Below are positions 1 through 15,623 of a DNA stretch of 64,000 nucleotides, piece by piece; the first letter of the stretch is position 1, and every line of letters starts with the position of its first letter. The position numbers and the translations under genes were made by a program. A model generated the notes under the pieces. It searched no databases and was not told the DNA's origin. It saw nothing but the letters and a program-made list of their open reading frames with translations. Origin of the DNA: the human T2T-CHM13v2.0 reference genome, Homo sapiens. The stretch lies in the NCBI RefSeq assembly GCF_009914755.1, contig NC_060932.1; one strand, written 5' to 3'.

Positions 1-30
1 GACTACAGGTATGAGCCACCATGCCCGGCC
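1..30 (-). mobile_element. Alu 5' end (cut by window edge)
   Basis: gactacaggtatgagccaccatgcccggcc is the reverse complement of the Alu start. Confidence 0.85.
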
Positions 31-835
31 AATGGTTATGATTTTATAAGAAATAAGAACTGTCAAGGTCTTTTGAGAAAGCATAATTTAGCGAGAATAA
101 AATGTTAATATGAAGCATAGATTCAATTTTAGAAAGAAGCAGAAGACACTGGTGAGAGAATGAATGACTCTAGAATAAAATAACGAATGTCCAGGAGTAG
201 GGACTACGAATGTACTTCATAATTTAGGGAATAGGCTCCCATCCATGCTACTTATAATATCTCAGTTAATAGGACGGCAAAGGAGAAAATGTCTAAGGTA
301 CCACGGTATAAAATATGCCAGATTGCCAGCTCATTGGCTAAATGATTTCCGCCCATATTTAATCAATATTGCAAAGATACTTAAACTGAATGCAGAGGGG
401 CTTGGACAGTAACTGATGGAGAAGAGGGAAAGAAATAGCATCTTGCTCAGTCATCATTCACTCTCCCAAATTTATAAACATCCAAGTCTTGCGTCTTGAA
501 AACAATTCTGATAAATATATAATACATATATATCAGGTATTATATATAATTACCTACATATATTTTTTATAGATATATGTTTCCATTTCTGTTATTTATT
601 TATTGGGAGAAACAGGAGAATCAGTTCCTGGGAGAAAATTGTATTCTTTTGTTTCAGGTTTATTTTCTTGCCAATTTCTTTTCTGTAAACATTGGTTTGC
701 AGTTTTTGGCATGCACTACTCATATTCATTATTTTTTCAATTAGCCTGCAAGGTCTTTGAGGGCAAAGACCATGTGCTGTGTTTCATGCTATCTGCCACC
801 ACAGCGTATGCCATGCCTGGCAGGCTGCAGGCATT

Positions 836-883
836 CACACACACAGACACACACACACACACACACACACACGCGCACACACA
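836..883. repeat. (CA)n microsatellite, interrupted
   Basis: Read directly from the sequence. Confidence 0.95.
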
Positions 884-1992
884 CTGATTTATAGGTCTTA
901 CATTAAATCCCAAGAAATAATGTATTTTCTATTTTAATCAATTCTGTACAGACACTAAGCTCTATTATGCTGCATACAACACACTGGATGTATCAGATTT
1001 TCAGTATGACTTGAATGCCGATGAATTAAAAGGTTGGTCTTTATGATCAAGAGATAATTCAAATTCTCCATTCTGTTTTCAGGAGTGGAGGGTACATCTT
1101 CCATTGTAGAGTGTCAACTGGTGAAATAATCTCCAAGGCCGTTTTAGTTGAGGTAATCCAGATATTGAAATCAGACATGAGCAAGCTATTCTAACAAGGA
1201 AAGAAAGCCATGATTTTCATAGAGAAACGGACTAATTTTGTCTATTTGCATCTTTCTGTTACTTAAAATGTTTATGTATTCCTTTTCACTTTCTAACTTG
1301 ATTCTCTCTACTGCTTTGCTCTCCCCCACTTCAGCTATTTTCCTATTCTGATCTAATTCTCCTGCTTTTTTAATTCTCTCTCTACACTGTTCTTGTTCCC
1401 TTTGTTCCTTCCCTTACACCTGAATGGAAATGATGGTACGGCTTCTCCATTCCGACCCTGAACTTGTAAACATGGAACTGCAGGCTCATTATTCTCTAGG
1501 GAGGTTGTCATTCAACCTGTATCACCTGATGCTTTCAAAGTCCTCATTCAGGATCTTTGTTAAAAGGAAAAAAAAAACAGGTGGAAAGTTGTTGAAATAC
1601 ATGTGTTGCGGACTTGGATGGAGAATTAAAGAGAAATGAAATAAATGAAGCATGAGTGAGTTCAGCAAATATCACCAGCTTGACCTCTGTGTAGAGTCAG
1701 ACGGTTCACAACTGATTTATTTTTACGTGCATTACTCACATTTCCCCTCCATTCCCTGCCTACAATTGTCCTTGTCAATACGTACTGGGGTGAGCTTCAA
1801 AGGGAAAATAAGGGAAGTGGGCAAGAGATGAGTCCAACAAAGGCCAAGAAGAAAGAACCTAATTTAATATTACGTGTGAACTAACTACCTTAATCTACAT
1901 ACCCAATTTGCTTGAGAATATACGCTTATAGATAAGGAAAGTAACTTATGATGACAGCATTTCCCTTGCTCGCTTAAGAATGTGCCACAATT

Positions 1993-2519
<527 letters not shown>

Positions 2520-3072
2520 TCACATGGACACACACTCAGCAACCCACACAATGCTTTTCTCTTTAAGAATCTTTTTAGTTAAGTACATCTTCCGGATTCA
2601 AAATACTTAATAAAGCAACATACTGCAAATGCCATTTTTTTTCAGATTTTCAGAAGGTTTGAACAATAACCAAGAGAACAGGTGTATTTCAGATGGAATA
2701 TTCGCTAAGGAAGATGTCTTTCTCTACATAGAACACAGTCTGAGGCTCTACTGTCCTAAATGCCGAAAGCTGATAGTGTTAGTCATTATGCTTGCTCTAA
2801 CTACAGGGTCTGTGTATTATCTAATGTGTAAATAGCATTTAAGCAGCCTCAACAACCAAAATGCTGAAGATGGGTGGGGATTTGTAATTACAATACAAAA
2901 TTAACAGAGAAAACACTGATCCAGTATAGGACAAGATTTGGCTGCTGGTTATATTCGATCACACATCATCTTTTCTTGCAAGAAAGATTCATGTAATTCA
3001 GATGTAATGATTTATCTCAAAGTTTTCAAGGCATTGAAACCGACTACTCTTCTTTACTAAGACCTAATGCAG

Positions 3073-3370
3073 GGCAGGGACAGTGGCTCATACCTGTAAT
3101 ATCAGCACTTTGGAAGGCCGAGGCAGGTGGATCACTTGAGGTCAGGAGTTCGAGACCAGCCTGGACAACATGGTGCAAGCACATCTCTACTAAAAATACA
3201 AAAATTAGCCAGGCTTGGTGGCATATGCCTGTAATGTTACTACTCGAGAGGCTGAGGGAGGAGAATTGCTTGAACCTGGGAGGCAGTGGTTGCAGTGAGC
3301 CTAGATCGTGCCACTGCACTCCAGCCTGGGTGACAGAGTGAGACTCTGTCTCGATAAATAAAGATAAAAA
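3073..3370 (+). mobile_element. Alu (S/J-type)
   Basis: Dimeric Alu with gaggtcaggagttcgagaccagcctgg and an A-rich tail. Confidence 0.93.
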
Positions 3371-4812
3371 GAGTGGCTGTAGCTGCAAAAGATGAGGCTG
3401 GGTGGAGAAAGGGCTTCCCAGGCCCATGCTCTCGCTACTTCCTTCCTAATGGAACATCACAGAATGCTCAGAAGCTGAAAAACATTGCTCCAATCTCTCA
3501 CTTATACCTCCTCTTCCATGCAGCAGCCTGGAGATGGGTGGTCATGGTCACTAGTGTTGTTTAAGATCCTGGTCTATAAGTTTGTGTTTTTTTTCCCCTT
3601 TCCCTTGTACAAGTTATTTAACTTGGTGAAATCTCTGTAAAATGAAAATAAAATCCACATCAGAAAATAGGTGACGGCATAATTGAAATTTCATTCCATC
3701 GTAACTTGACATAAAATTAAATAAAGATTTAAGAAAATGCTACCACATTTAAAAAGTGTAAAGGTTCCTTGCTTTGATGTCAGTAGTGGACATGGTTCAC
3801 ACACCAAAGGATGATTTTGACAATAAAATAACCATGTGTAGATGCCACAGAGGAATCATACATATTACCATTTTAAATCACTGAAGAAGAAATCTAACCT
3901 CCTACCAAGAGAAAGACGGGGAGATTTTTAAATGAAGTATCCATCTATAAGTGCATTTCTAGAAAGCTGTCAAATTAGAATGCAAAGCTCTGGATAATTT
4001 GCAAAAACAAACAAACCAAAAAAATCCCTCATTTTATTTAAACAACCTCTCCCAGCATTTTCTGTCACTCAGGGAAGAGTTGTCAGTCAACATTTCATTC
4101 AGTAATTTGGCAATAATTCTTTCTCACCTTTCCCTTCAGCATACTGAGCTACCAAACTACTAAGTAGTCTATGTTAGGTGCTGCTCTAAAATTAAAAACC
4201 TTCCTTTGTGAGAAATCTTAAAATGCTCAATCATGCTCTAAAATAATCATTTTATGTGACATTTGGCAGTTGAATAGGAACCTCTTGAACAAGGGACTTT
4301 CTTTTACAAACTAAATGCATGCCCAGAAGCACCTCCCAATTTAATCAACTAAACAGACCAGAACGCTGTATGTCCGAAGCCTTTGAAACAGTCTTTCTAA
4401 GAGTAGAGGCACGGTGATCAACACAGAGAATCCTATACCAGCATAAGATCGCAGCAGCTCATTTTGCAACTCCGACCAAACAGTAAATCTGAAACGAGAT
4501 TGATTAGGAGGGAACAATATGGATTTTATTACCCCAGGACATGGCCATGAGAAACTCTTGTCTCTTCTGTAAACCAGAAGAAATTATGAGAATGTTCACA
4601 TTCTTGGTTTTAAGGACTCCAGGAGGACGATTAAGGACCCTGAAGCCAGATCTTAGTGATTTGCAACGGAAATGTTGTTAAAGACCCAACAGAATGAATA
4701 GCAAAGGATCTAGGGAAATTCAAGAGGAATCTTCAAAGATTTGCTAGAAACATGAACATCAAGTAGCACGTGGAACCTCTAATAAAATGTATATTTATAT
4801 GTCCATGAATGA

Positions 4813-5153
<341 letters not shown>

Positions 5154-6020
5154 TACATGGAATCTTAATACAAATGGGGGAGCCGATGTCTGATGACATA
5201 GAACCATGTGATCCAACATGGTGCTGAAATCACACGGTGTTAAATATTCTATTTACGCTGCCTCCTGGCATGATGGAGGGAAGCAACACCAAATGTCCTC
5301 TTTGTGTTCAGAGGCGCTGCTTCTGCCTACAGACCATGCGCACTTCTGCCTGAGTTTTTAATCTCTGCACTGTGATTTCTATTCTCCTCACCTCCTCATG
5401 GGTTTTCCTGAGTTTCCAGTGGCTGCAGCTGCCGGTTCACATGTGTTCTCTTTCTGTAATGTTCTGAAAATATAAATGACGACTGTCCCTATTAAGTTTT
5501 TATAAAATGTTTTTCAATATATTTTTTGGCCCTCTCTATAAGCTTTGGGATTCGACTAATGCAGTTGCAAGTTGACAACTTTAAAAAATCTATGTGATAA
5601 ATCAGAACTCCCGAATCTATGATTAAATTTTAAATATGAAGCAGTCAAAGTCAATGAAAAATTAAAAAATTAATACCATAATTTTGTAGAATATGTTCAG
5701 TTTTGACGGTCACTTCTACTTCTATTTCCTCAAGGGAGTCTCAAGACAATCCTGATCCGTGTGGAAGATGAGGGTGCTCAGAGGGAGAAAGGATGCAAGG
5801 ATACGAGCCTCTTCCAGTGAGTTTCTCATAGACCACCAAGGCCGATGCATTTTCTTAAATTCAGTAAAAGGAATTACCAGTGTAGAGAACAGAATTCAAT
5901 ATTAACTTACTTTCTCTGTCTGTTGCATGAATTATTTGAAATATTTAGCTTGCCTGTGTATCTACTAGGTTTCTGTTTCTTTGTTGATTTTTTTGTTGAC
6001 TTTTTTGTTCTTGTTTGTCT

Positions 6021-6272
6021 ATTTTTTTGAGACAGGGTGTCATTCTGTTGCCCAGGCTGGAGTGCAGTGGGTGATCCTGGCTCACTGCAGCCTTGACCTC
6101 CCAGGCTCAAGTAATCCTCCTGCATCAACCTCCTAAGTAATTTGTAAATTTTTCATAGAGACAGGGGCTCTGTATGTTGCCCAGGCTGATCCTGACTTCC
6201 TGGGCTCAAGAGATCCTCCTGCCTGGGACGGCGAAAGTGCTGGGATGACAGGTTGAACCCCTGTGCCTGGCC
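6021..6272 (-). mobile_element. AluJ, internally deleted
   Basis: gagacagggt...cctcccaggctcaagtaatcctcc...ctgggctcaag, J-type diagnostics. Confidence 0.85.
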
Positions 6273-7944
6273 CTTCTAAGACCATAGATGTGATTTCCTA
6301 TCACTTTGTTGAAGAAAGCAGGGAGAAAAAAAAAAGAACTTCAATTAAATAGTATTGACCTTGTGTTCATTTTTATAAGTACTGGATACATAAGGTACCA
6401 ACACAATGTTAGAAATCCAGTTTTCCAAGATTGTCACTTTTTCTCAAAATATCATTTAATTTTTGCTAAAGCTCTTTTTTCTTTATACAAACACAAGTAT
6501 ATTAGAAAGTCAAGTGATTAACATTTAATGTAACTTTAGGTCTTTGTAAACAGTGATTCCTTGGCTTCTTTCATTCCTTTCTCACTGGAATGAATTTTTG
6601 CCTCTGTCATTCTTTAGGAATATGGTTCTCTGAATAAGCACGTGTGACCACATATTGCTCACAGGGCCTCTTATGCTATTCATCTTTATAAAACGGCCTT
6701 TATTTTTAATGTACTACTAAGCCATTTGCTTAAGTTAGTTTACATGTGATAGTAAGAATAGTAACAGATTATGACCAGTGTTAGCATGGATATTGCAAAT
6801 AGCTTCTTTTCAACACTACTTGTGGGAGTAAACACACAGCACCAGCTAAAAGCATTAAAAATGTATATATTCAATGATCTAGCACATTTTAGGAATCTAT
6901 TTTATGGGAATAATTTTGGATATTCACACATATCTTTGACATTTACCTCAGAATCTTATAAAAGAGCAAACGGAAAAAATAAAAACCATCAAAATGTAAA
7001 ACAGGAAAACAACCTAAATGGGCAAAGTAGGAAATGAAGGAAATAAAATGAAATAAAAATTACTCACAATACTTATGTGGAAAAACATTTACTGCTTAAA
7101 TTTTACATTTATTTTTCTCTTCTAACAGTGTTTACCAATAAGATCACAGATAAGTGTGCTTTGATAACAAATGTTTGTTTTACAGAATACCTAATTTTTG
7201 CAAGCCTGCTTTCTTGACAGTTGGAAAGTTATGAAAATAAAATTCTAACGAATCCATGTTTTGTCTGAAAACGTGGAAAAACTGTTACCTTAAATGGTGG
7301 TGCTGCATGCAGCTGTGCCCTACATAGAGCTGTTCCCTGGCAGGTGGGAGTGAGAGCTATGGCTTGGTCATGAGCCTCTTTAGGGTTCTCCCACCTGCCG
7401 AGGGATTTGAATATCAGTTGAATGTCTGCACTCTGCTTGGTGCTAGATAGAAGATTTTCAAAAGAATATTTAACTTTCATGTATTCACCTACTGTTGTCA
7501 CCTGTCACACCCTACTAGTGAAGTTTATGCAAATTATAAAAATTTTTTGAAAATATGTTGCAATATTTCTGAAGTTGTTTATTTTAAAAAATAGCATACA
7601 TCCCAACAAATCATTCTGGTATAAGAACAAACGTACTTCTACAAACAACAAAATTCTTTCTTGTCATTCTAGAATTTTAAAAAAGAAGGAAAAAAGGGAA
7701 AGAGAAACAATTTCATCATTGTGATGCTTCCTGATTGTCATCTGTTTACTCCCTCAAGTACCTCACAGTATCCTTGGTACTGGCAACAGAGGTGTGAATG
7801 CAAGACCTTTATCACTTTGCAAGAACAGTGGCTATTTCATTGATACACTAATGCAAACCAACCAGTGTTTCATTATTTGAGACACAGTATCTATTTCTCA
7901 GAAACCAGCCCTGGCCTTTTATGTGTTTAATATGTAGTTGCTGT

Positions 7945-8222
7945 TTTTTAATTTTAAGTGTTTATGGGTAACTATGGTAGATGAATATATTGATGGGTTA
8001 CATGAAATGTTTTGATACAGGAATGCCATGTGAAACATGCACATCATGAAAAATGGGATATCCATTCCCTCAAGCATTTATCCATTGAGTTGCAAACAAT
8101 GCAATTACACTCTTTAAGTTACTTTAAAATGTAGAGTGAAGTTATCATTGACTATAGTCTCCTCGTTGTGCTCTGAAATGGTAGGTCTTATTTATTATTT
8201 CTAATTACTTTTTGTACCCACA
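7945..8222 (-). mobile_element. L1MA-type 3' end fragment
   Basis: ttttgatacagg...atccattcccctcaagcatttatcc...gttgcaaacaat...ttgactatagtc resembles the reverse L1MA 3' UTR. Confidence 0.8.
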
Positions 8223-11200
8223 TAATAGGTAGTTTTGTGTGTGTGTGTCTACATGTACAGAGGCACTCGCACACACCCCCACAGATTATTAGCTGAAAGA
8301 TCAAAGCCAGGAAACCTTTCATAAGAGTTATTTTTAAATAATATAATTATCTTAAATAATTATTTTTCTTTGATTTTTAAATTATAAATCTAGTATTCTT
8401 TTTTGATTTTTTATTCCTTTTGCCCCTTAAGCACTGTTTGAGTAGTTGAAAGAAATGGAATCAAATATACAGCTTTTAAAAGAAGGAGGAAATTAAACAT
8501 GTATTTTTATTTTCACTTGGACCAGGATATTCATAAGGGTATGTGCAAATAATAGTATATGGCTACTTATTAAAATGTATTAAAACAGAAAAAAAGTATT
8601 TATTTTTAAAAATAAAATCTTTCATAGTAGTTGTTTAGTTGTCTCAAAATATTTAAATGTGTGCTTTCAGAACTAGTGGCAATCCTTTTTCTAATAACAG
8701 CCCTTGTTTTTACTAAACATTCAGTAATTATTAGATGAAAGAACTGTTTAAACTGCTTTAAAAACAGCGTGCAGCTCTTTTTTTTTTTACATAACAGAAT
8801 GAAAATTTTATATAAGATGAAGAACAGAACAGGCAAAACTAAATTTTGGTATACTTACGGAATTCTTTACAGTTATTGGTAATTCAATCATTAATTCACA
8901 ATTTTTTATAAAGCATCTCCAATGATGCAATTAATGTTTTACCAGAGTAAGATATAAAATCAGGTGTTATCATAATTTAAGAATTTAAAAATAACATATA
9001 TTTTTATCTACTACAATAAAATTATCTTGATTACTTCGAACAAATAAAAACTAACACCTGTTAAGAATCCAGGATTTTCCCTATGTGGAATGCTTGAGTT
9101 CTTTGCAGTGAAAATGGAATATAAATTTTAAAGTATTTTAAATCTTATTTGCTAATATACATCTGTACACTGAAGTTTATTTCTTAACGTTAAAAACTAG
9201 TTTTAATAACTTGAAAACCACTATGCATGTTTCCATGGAATGCAAACGAGAGGCATGCCTCATCTTACAGTATGATTTTCATTCAGCATCCTGTTACGAT
9301 GTTATTGTTACATAATTGATTACTTGGTTTATGCCATTACTTGCTTCGTTATTTATCAGTATGAGAGCTTGGGGTTGTTGCTATTTTATTTTATACCTTT
9401 TTTACACAAAATGCCCTTAGAACAGTTTGGATGTTTGTGGACATGAACTGCAATATAATAATGTTATGTTTCTTTTTATGATATGAGCTACAGTGAGCAT
9501 TATTTTTAATACTAGATGACAACCATTTACAACCCTTAGAAAAATTCAATTAGAAAATGCACTAATACATCACAGTGGAGTGACACTCTCTCCATCAAGT
9601 AGCACAGAAACTTCATCCACAGGTTGCTGCTGCCATGGCTTCTCCCACTGTCGGGATGACGGGCAGCGCTTTATCAGAGAGAAGCTGTGCACCTCGTGTG
9701 GATTAGAAAAAGGGTTCCCATGACTAAAGTGCCTGTAGGTGCCCAGCAGTGCTTAATGGTCCCGATTCAGGAAATGTACAGGAGATGATGGATTTAAAAG
9801 CCATGGTTGACAACGACTTCATTACATGCAAACTTTAAAATAAAACAGAAAATGTCATGTCCAAGTCTTCAAAAGATTTCTCTGATAACTTAAAAAACCC
9901 ATATAGGTTTATTTTTATTCAAATACATTTTTCATATAAAATTTTTAGTTATTGTTGTCCTTCATTTTTCCACAAATATTATGTTTTCATTAGTTGCAAA
10001 TGAGTGAATGTATTAGTTTCATAAAAGTTATTTGCAGTATGTTTTATCTATCAGTTTTTAACATTAAAATCAGTTTTTAATCTATCAGTTTTTAACATTT
10101 AAAATATTATGATCCTGAAAAGATCAATATATTCAATATATACTGATTGAAATCTGTATTTGATATGTTAAATTTTTTTGGGGGGGTCACGAACTTGTAA
10201 GAATCTAATAGAGAAAATACATTACCTATACAGTAGAAATTCTACACCAAGAATGCATAACCTAAGGTTTCAAATACGAGATAACTTACGCTTATTTTAA
10301 AATGACATATGTACTGGTTTCAAAAATACTTTAAATACCATTTTAAAAATTATTTAAAAATGTAACTTCTTAATTATTTTTAGCTGTCAGGTTATACTTA
10401 TCATTTTTTTCTCATAGAGTCAATGCGTTTTTAATTACTAAAACTGAAAGGTAACTATCATGACGTTGATGAAGATTCCTGAACTTTCTTGAAGTTGCTG
10501 CTTCTTCTACTAGCATGAGCTTCATCAAGGAAAGCAGTTTCCTTTTGTTTATTAATTCAGCTGTCTCCCGGGTCTAGAAGTGTGACTAACACATAAAGCT
10601 TAATAAATATTTGTTGAATAGTCAAATATAATATCACAAGAGCCTGTGAAACAGAGTGTCTTCTCAGCAATTAAGACAAAGTAAAACCAGGCAAGATTTG
10701 CATAAGCATTAATTATTTCATCAATGCAACCCTATGACCACCCTGATCAATGTGACTGACAGCTTTCTTGCGCATTCCCTATTCTAAGATATTTTACTTA
10801 TGAACCCTTTTAATCTCCACAAGAACCCTATGAAGTGGGCCCCATTACTCTCAACATTTTGTAGAGAATGAAATTCTTCAGGCTGAATGCTGCTCAAGGT
10901 CGCATGCCTGTAGAATAGCATCTGTGACCTCAACCACTGCACTGACCTCAACCACTGCACTGACCAGCACTAGCACTGAGATGTGTACCTTGAATTTGTT
11001 TGCAAATGACTTGTTAGCCATTTACATAGTGTCTAGTACAGATTTGTCACAGGGCATAGTACACATGTCACAGAACACATAGGTATTAGTGTGCAGTGGG
11101 TTGGGGCGTGAAGGTGCCTGCAGGGAATGGGTGAGACGGGATTACAACCATCTTTTCTTGAATTTCTTTTTCCATTTAGATTTTTGCTTCTTTCCTTTCA

Positions 11201-13570
11201 TCTTAATTTCTGCATTATAAAATCCTCAGATGAAACTTTCATGATGAACATTTTCTCAATCTCTTGGGCTGAAGCAATCTTTCCATTTCCCTGGGATCAC
11301 AATCAGTGAACACGTGCTCTATTTCTGACACTCCTTGCTACATTCCACCTATGATAATTTCCCACACTATGATCCAAGGAGATTGTGGGTTCCCTGAAGA
11401 CAGATCCCATTTCATTCCTTTCCCAATGTCCTGCCATACTCAGCAAAGCAATGTCAAGTAGAAGGCACTCAATACATTTTGCTGAAAAGAGAAAGTTCTA
11501 AAGGTTTTGTTTTTGTTGTTGTTCCTGTTTTTTCCATGTTCTCTGAGTTGTTTTGGATGGCATTAGTGCGACTTAAAGAAAAAAAAAATTAAGGAAAACT
11601 CACAGGTAATTTGCTTTGACAGTTTTGGATTCTGCTGTTCAGAGCAGCAAACATTTTTAATACTTTGTGACTCTGGCACAAAGCCCCATGTTAAATTTTA
11701 TTTTCAAAGTGAGTGCTAAGAAGAGCATTGCCACTCTTGAGAGAAATCTGGAACCTTCTCCTTTCTGCTCATAAGAATGTGGTAAATCACCAACTTTCTC
11801 TTTCTGTCATAGATGCCTGGAAATGAAATATTAATTTTGGTCTTCACAATTTTGTGAATCTGCATGTATGCTTAGTTAATTTGCTCCTCCAGGCTTTCAT
11901 TACCTATTTCCTTATATGATTCTGTAGGTTTTCAGCAAGTCACAAGAAATAACTAAGGAAAATAGGCTGAGAATAAATTTAATAAACTCAAGAATGGTAA
12001 CTGACCTCCAATTTCATGTCAGCCACATCGTGCCATGGAGAGGTCATGTGCACGGCTGCCTTTTACGTGTCCATCTACTAGCTCTTACCATGAGAGCATC
12101 TCATAGCTCTTACTCAGATGGACACTTGCTTGTCCATCTCATAGCTTCCTCAAAAAGCACGTTGTACTGGAGCAACTGTGAAACTCGGTGTCTGTGAGAA
12201 AGTCTCATGGGGATAACAAAACGAAAAGCAAGCCCTGCCCTCAAGAGAAACTTCCTCTCGAGTGAGGAAACAGCCTGTCTGCAGGACTCCTGTTATTACC
12301 AATGAGGTCACTGCTGTGTGCTAGGATTCCCAGCGCCTGGCAGCCTCCAGCAGAGGTGACCTGACATGGGAGCCTCAGTCACCCCTGTAACCACACAAAC
12401 CCCACAAAAACAACTGTTCCCACATGGCTCTCTTTTTTCCTTTTTGGTAAGCACATATAATTTTTACATCTTATTTATCAAATATTCATAATTCATAGAT
12501 TTCTTCCACTCATATTTTTTTTCTATTCATACTCTTGGAACCTACCTACCAATACAGGCATTATTGTAAGAAATCCATGAATATGGGGACTTTACTTCAA
12601 TACATTCTACCACGCAGCCTGAAACACACTGATGTGAGTTTGGCAAAGGGTTTCAAAAATATAGATCCTCATAGGGTCTAATGAATAGATTGAGGCATGT
12701 TGGGGGTAAATAATTGGAAGGAAACGTCTCGTCGCTGCTGTCTCTCCACCTCCTCGTGGTGATGATGAAATTACTCCTGCCCAACCCGGCTCTACTTATC
12801 ACTAATTGAGCACTCTGATATTGATGTAAAAAGACATATCCCCAGCATACGACATCAGTGCATGACGGTGCTCATGCTTTTAAGGGAAAGCAGCTTTCCT
12901 TTCCGGAGACATCGGTGATTTACTGAGGTCTCGTCTCCTCTTGATCCCTTCCCAGCGCTCCCATTAGGTTTAATGAAAGGAACACAATATGGGAACAGTG
13001 AGAAGACAAGGAATTAGCGTCCTAATGTGCATTTCATTGCCAGCCACAGGTTCCACTGTTTTTACACTGCCTCCTAGAAGCTTGCATTTTACAACAATTG
13101 GAAAATCAGAAAAAGAACAAAGATGCTGCACAACACCTGGACCACAAGAAGTTTCCTCCTTTCCTTCAGATGTGCACAGCGACCTTTGAACAGTAGCCAG
13201 TGCATTTAGAGAGCTCTACTTCACAGTGAAACATGGGGCCTCAGGCCCTGATCACATTTTACAACACCTGTGAGATCTTAGCACACTAACAGACAGGGAC
13301 AGCCAAATCTCAATAATGTATAGGAAGTTTTAGGCCAGGAAATTTAGGGCATCTTTTTGTTTTGGGAGCGGATTGCAATGTGCTCTAATTTGTTCTGGAT
13401 GTAGTAACAGAGGTGTGAATCAGGTATCACGCTGTTGTGATGGCTGTTCTAAGGCATGAGAGAATGACTAAGGACAGCTGGAGGAGACATCAGCGCAGCT
13501 ACAGAGGCTACATGGAAAAGCTGCAGGAGAAGGCGTTGATAAATGTGCATGCAACTCACAGGATACAGTG

Positions 13571-13930
13571 TGTCTTTGGCTTAGAATGTTGTGTCACTCC
13601 AAAATTCATATACAGAAGCTGTAACTCTCCAAGTCATGATATTAAGAGCTCAGGCCTTTGGAAAACACCTACAGGAAGATGGGATCATGAGGATGCGGCC
13701 AACATGATGAGATTATAAAAAGAGGAAGAGATTCCAGAGCTCTCTCCCCGCCTTGTGAAGACGCTGAAAGCAGGTGCCATCTATGAGCCAGGACGCAATG
13801 CGTACCCAGAACTGAATAAGCTGGAACCTTGATCCTAAACTTCTAGCCTCAGAACTGTGAGAAATAAGTGTGTGTTATTTAAGCCACCGTCTGTGGTATC
13901 TTGTTATGACAATACAAACCCATGAAGAAA
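13571..13930 (+). mobile_element. MaLR solo LTR, MLT1A-like
   Basis: gaatgttgtgtcactccaaaattcata...ccttgatc...acttctagcctcagaactgtgagaaataa...tttaagccacc..gtctgtggtat. Confidence 0.82.
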
Positions 13931-15322
13931 ATGTAGAGAAGTGTCTAAATTTTCAGAGCTATTTATACTGTAGACAGTCACAAATAAACTTTGTAAACTG
14001 AAAGGCATACTCCATAAAGACCCTTTGTCCTCAATAATATGAACTATAGCTTCAGCCAACACTGCCAAAGTTAAATATTAAGAACTGGGTTGAACAACTC
14101 ACAGATACTTCAAACTGTGTATTCACATGGCAATGGTTCAATTATTTTAAATGACAGACTCACACAAGTAACATCTTCTATTCCTAATTGATTACTTTTG
14201 TCTGTTTTTTCTAGAAAATAGGTTTTATCATTGTATAGTGCTGTACGGTTTATAGAGCATTTTATAATATATGACACAATGTTATCACTTTTCACAATCA
14301 AAATTAGCTATGCCTCATCTTATCAACCATTGGCATAGATGGGAACTTAACTATTAGGGGAAAAGCTGAACTAGCATTGTATCCGACCACAGCCCAATGC
14401 TATTCTTCTCACACTGTAATATGCGTCCGGAAGCAGTTCTGAGATAATCCTGAATTTCAGCTTTAACGCGGTATTTTAAGTGTTGACCTATTCCTGGCGG
14501 CATAAAATATTCTTCCCACTTCTATGGTCAGGGAAATCTTCACATCTTACACGTTTGTGAAGATTTTTTTTTGCCAAACTTCCTCACAATTCACTCTGCT
14601 CGTCTCTGCTTCTATGTTGTTTATGCCATTTAGATTTGTCGTCTCTCTTTGGTTTTCCACTCAAATTCGTAGTGAAAATAGTTTCCCCCCTTGTTAATTT
14701 GTTTTTTATGCCCCAATGATGCCTTACTTTTTGCTTATGGCTTTTCTGTATCAAATGAAAATATACAAGGGTTTCTGCCTATTGAGAATCTGGAGAATTT
14801 AAAAGAACGATGTGACAAGAAGTAAGAAGCCCCCAACCTTCTGAATTCCTGAATTTTCATTTCTGCTGCAGGCGACATTCTCACTTAGACTGGGGATACA
14901 TACCCCTTGGCCAACCACTAATGTCCCCACTCCCAGCAGTTGGCTACTTTGAAAATCCTTTCAAGTTGGGAATGAAGGTGGAGACTGTTTTTATTTTCAG
15001 GCTAAAATTCACAATTGTTCTAAAACATCCCGCCATTCCCAGTGGTTTTCCCATAAAGAGTAGGGGCCCTGCTCACCTTTGCCCACCTTTGTACCCACAC
15101 CCAGAGGTTCTTCAAGGTTCAACTATCCTGTAGTAACCATGAATTTTCCCACAGTCAAAAACGCCCGTACTTGTAGTTCCTTCCAAGGACTTGCTATTTG
15201 CATAATGCATGCTGAAATGTCAGGAGTCCTCCAGATGGAAAACAGTGATAGTTACGCTGCATGTACAAGAGACTCCAAGAATGGGTATCTCCATAGTTTT
15301 CTTCAGTAAAGAACATGCAATT

Positions 15323-15623
15323 ATTCTAAGTGAAGTAACTCAGGCGTTGAAAACCAAACATCGTATGTACTCACTGATATGTGGGAGCTAAGCTATGAGG
15401 ACACAAAGGCAAAAGAATGATAACAGCGGATTTTGGGGACTTCAGGGGAAGAGTGGAAGGGGGGTGAAGGATAAAAGACAACAAATATGGTGCAGTGTAT
15501 ACTGCTTAGGTGATGGGTGCACCAGGATCTCACAAATCACCGCTAAAGAACTTACTCATGTATCCAAATACCACCTGTACTCCAATAACTTATAGAAAAA
15601 AGTAAAAAAAAAAAAAAAAAAAA
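15323..15623 (+). mobile_element. 5'-truncated L1PB-type 3' end with poly(A) tail and 15-bp TSD
   Basis: attctaagtgaagtaactcagg...aaaccaaacatcgtatg...aagaacttactcatgta; TSD aaagaacatgcaatt (15308) / aaagaacatacaatt (15624). Confidence 0.88.

Noticed and set aside
12346-12360. CTCF-like CCAGCAGAGGTGAC (and cccacaggtggcta near 31589)
   Set aside because: Mismatches at core positions; expected by chance in 64 kb.
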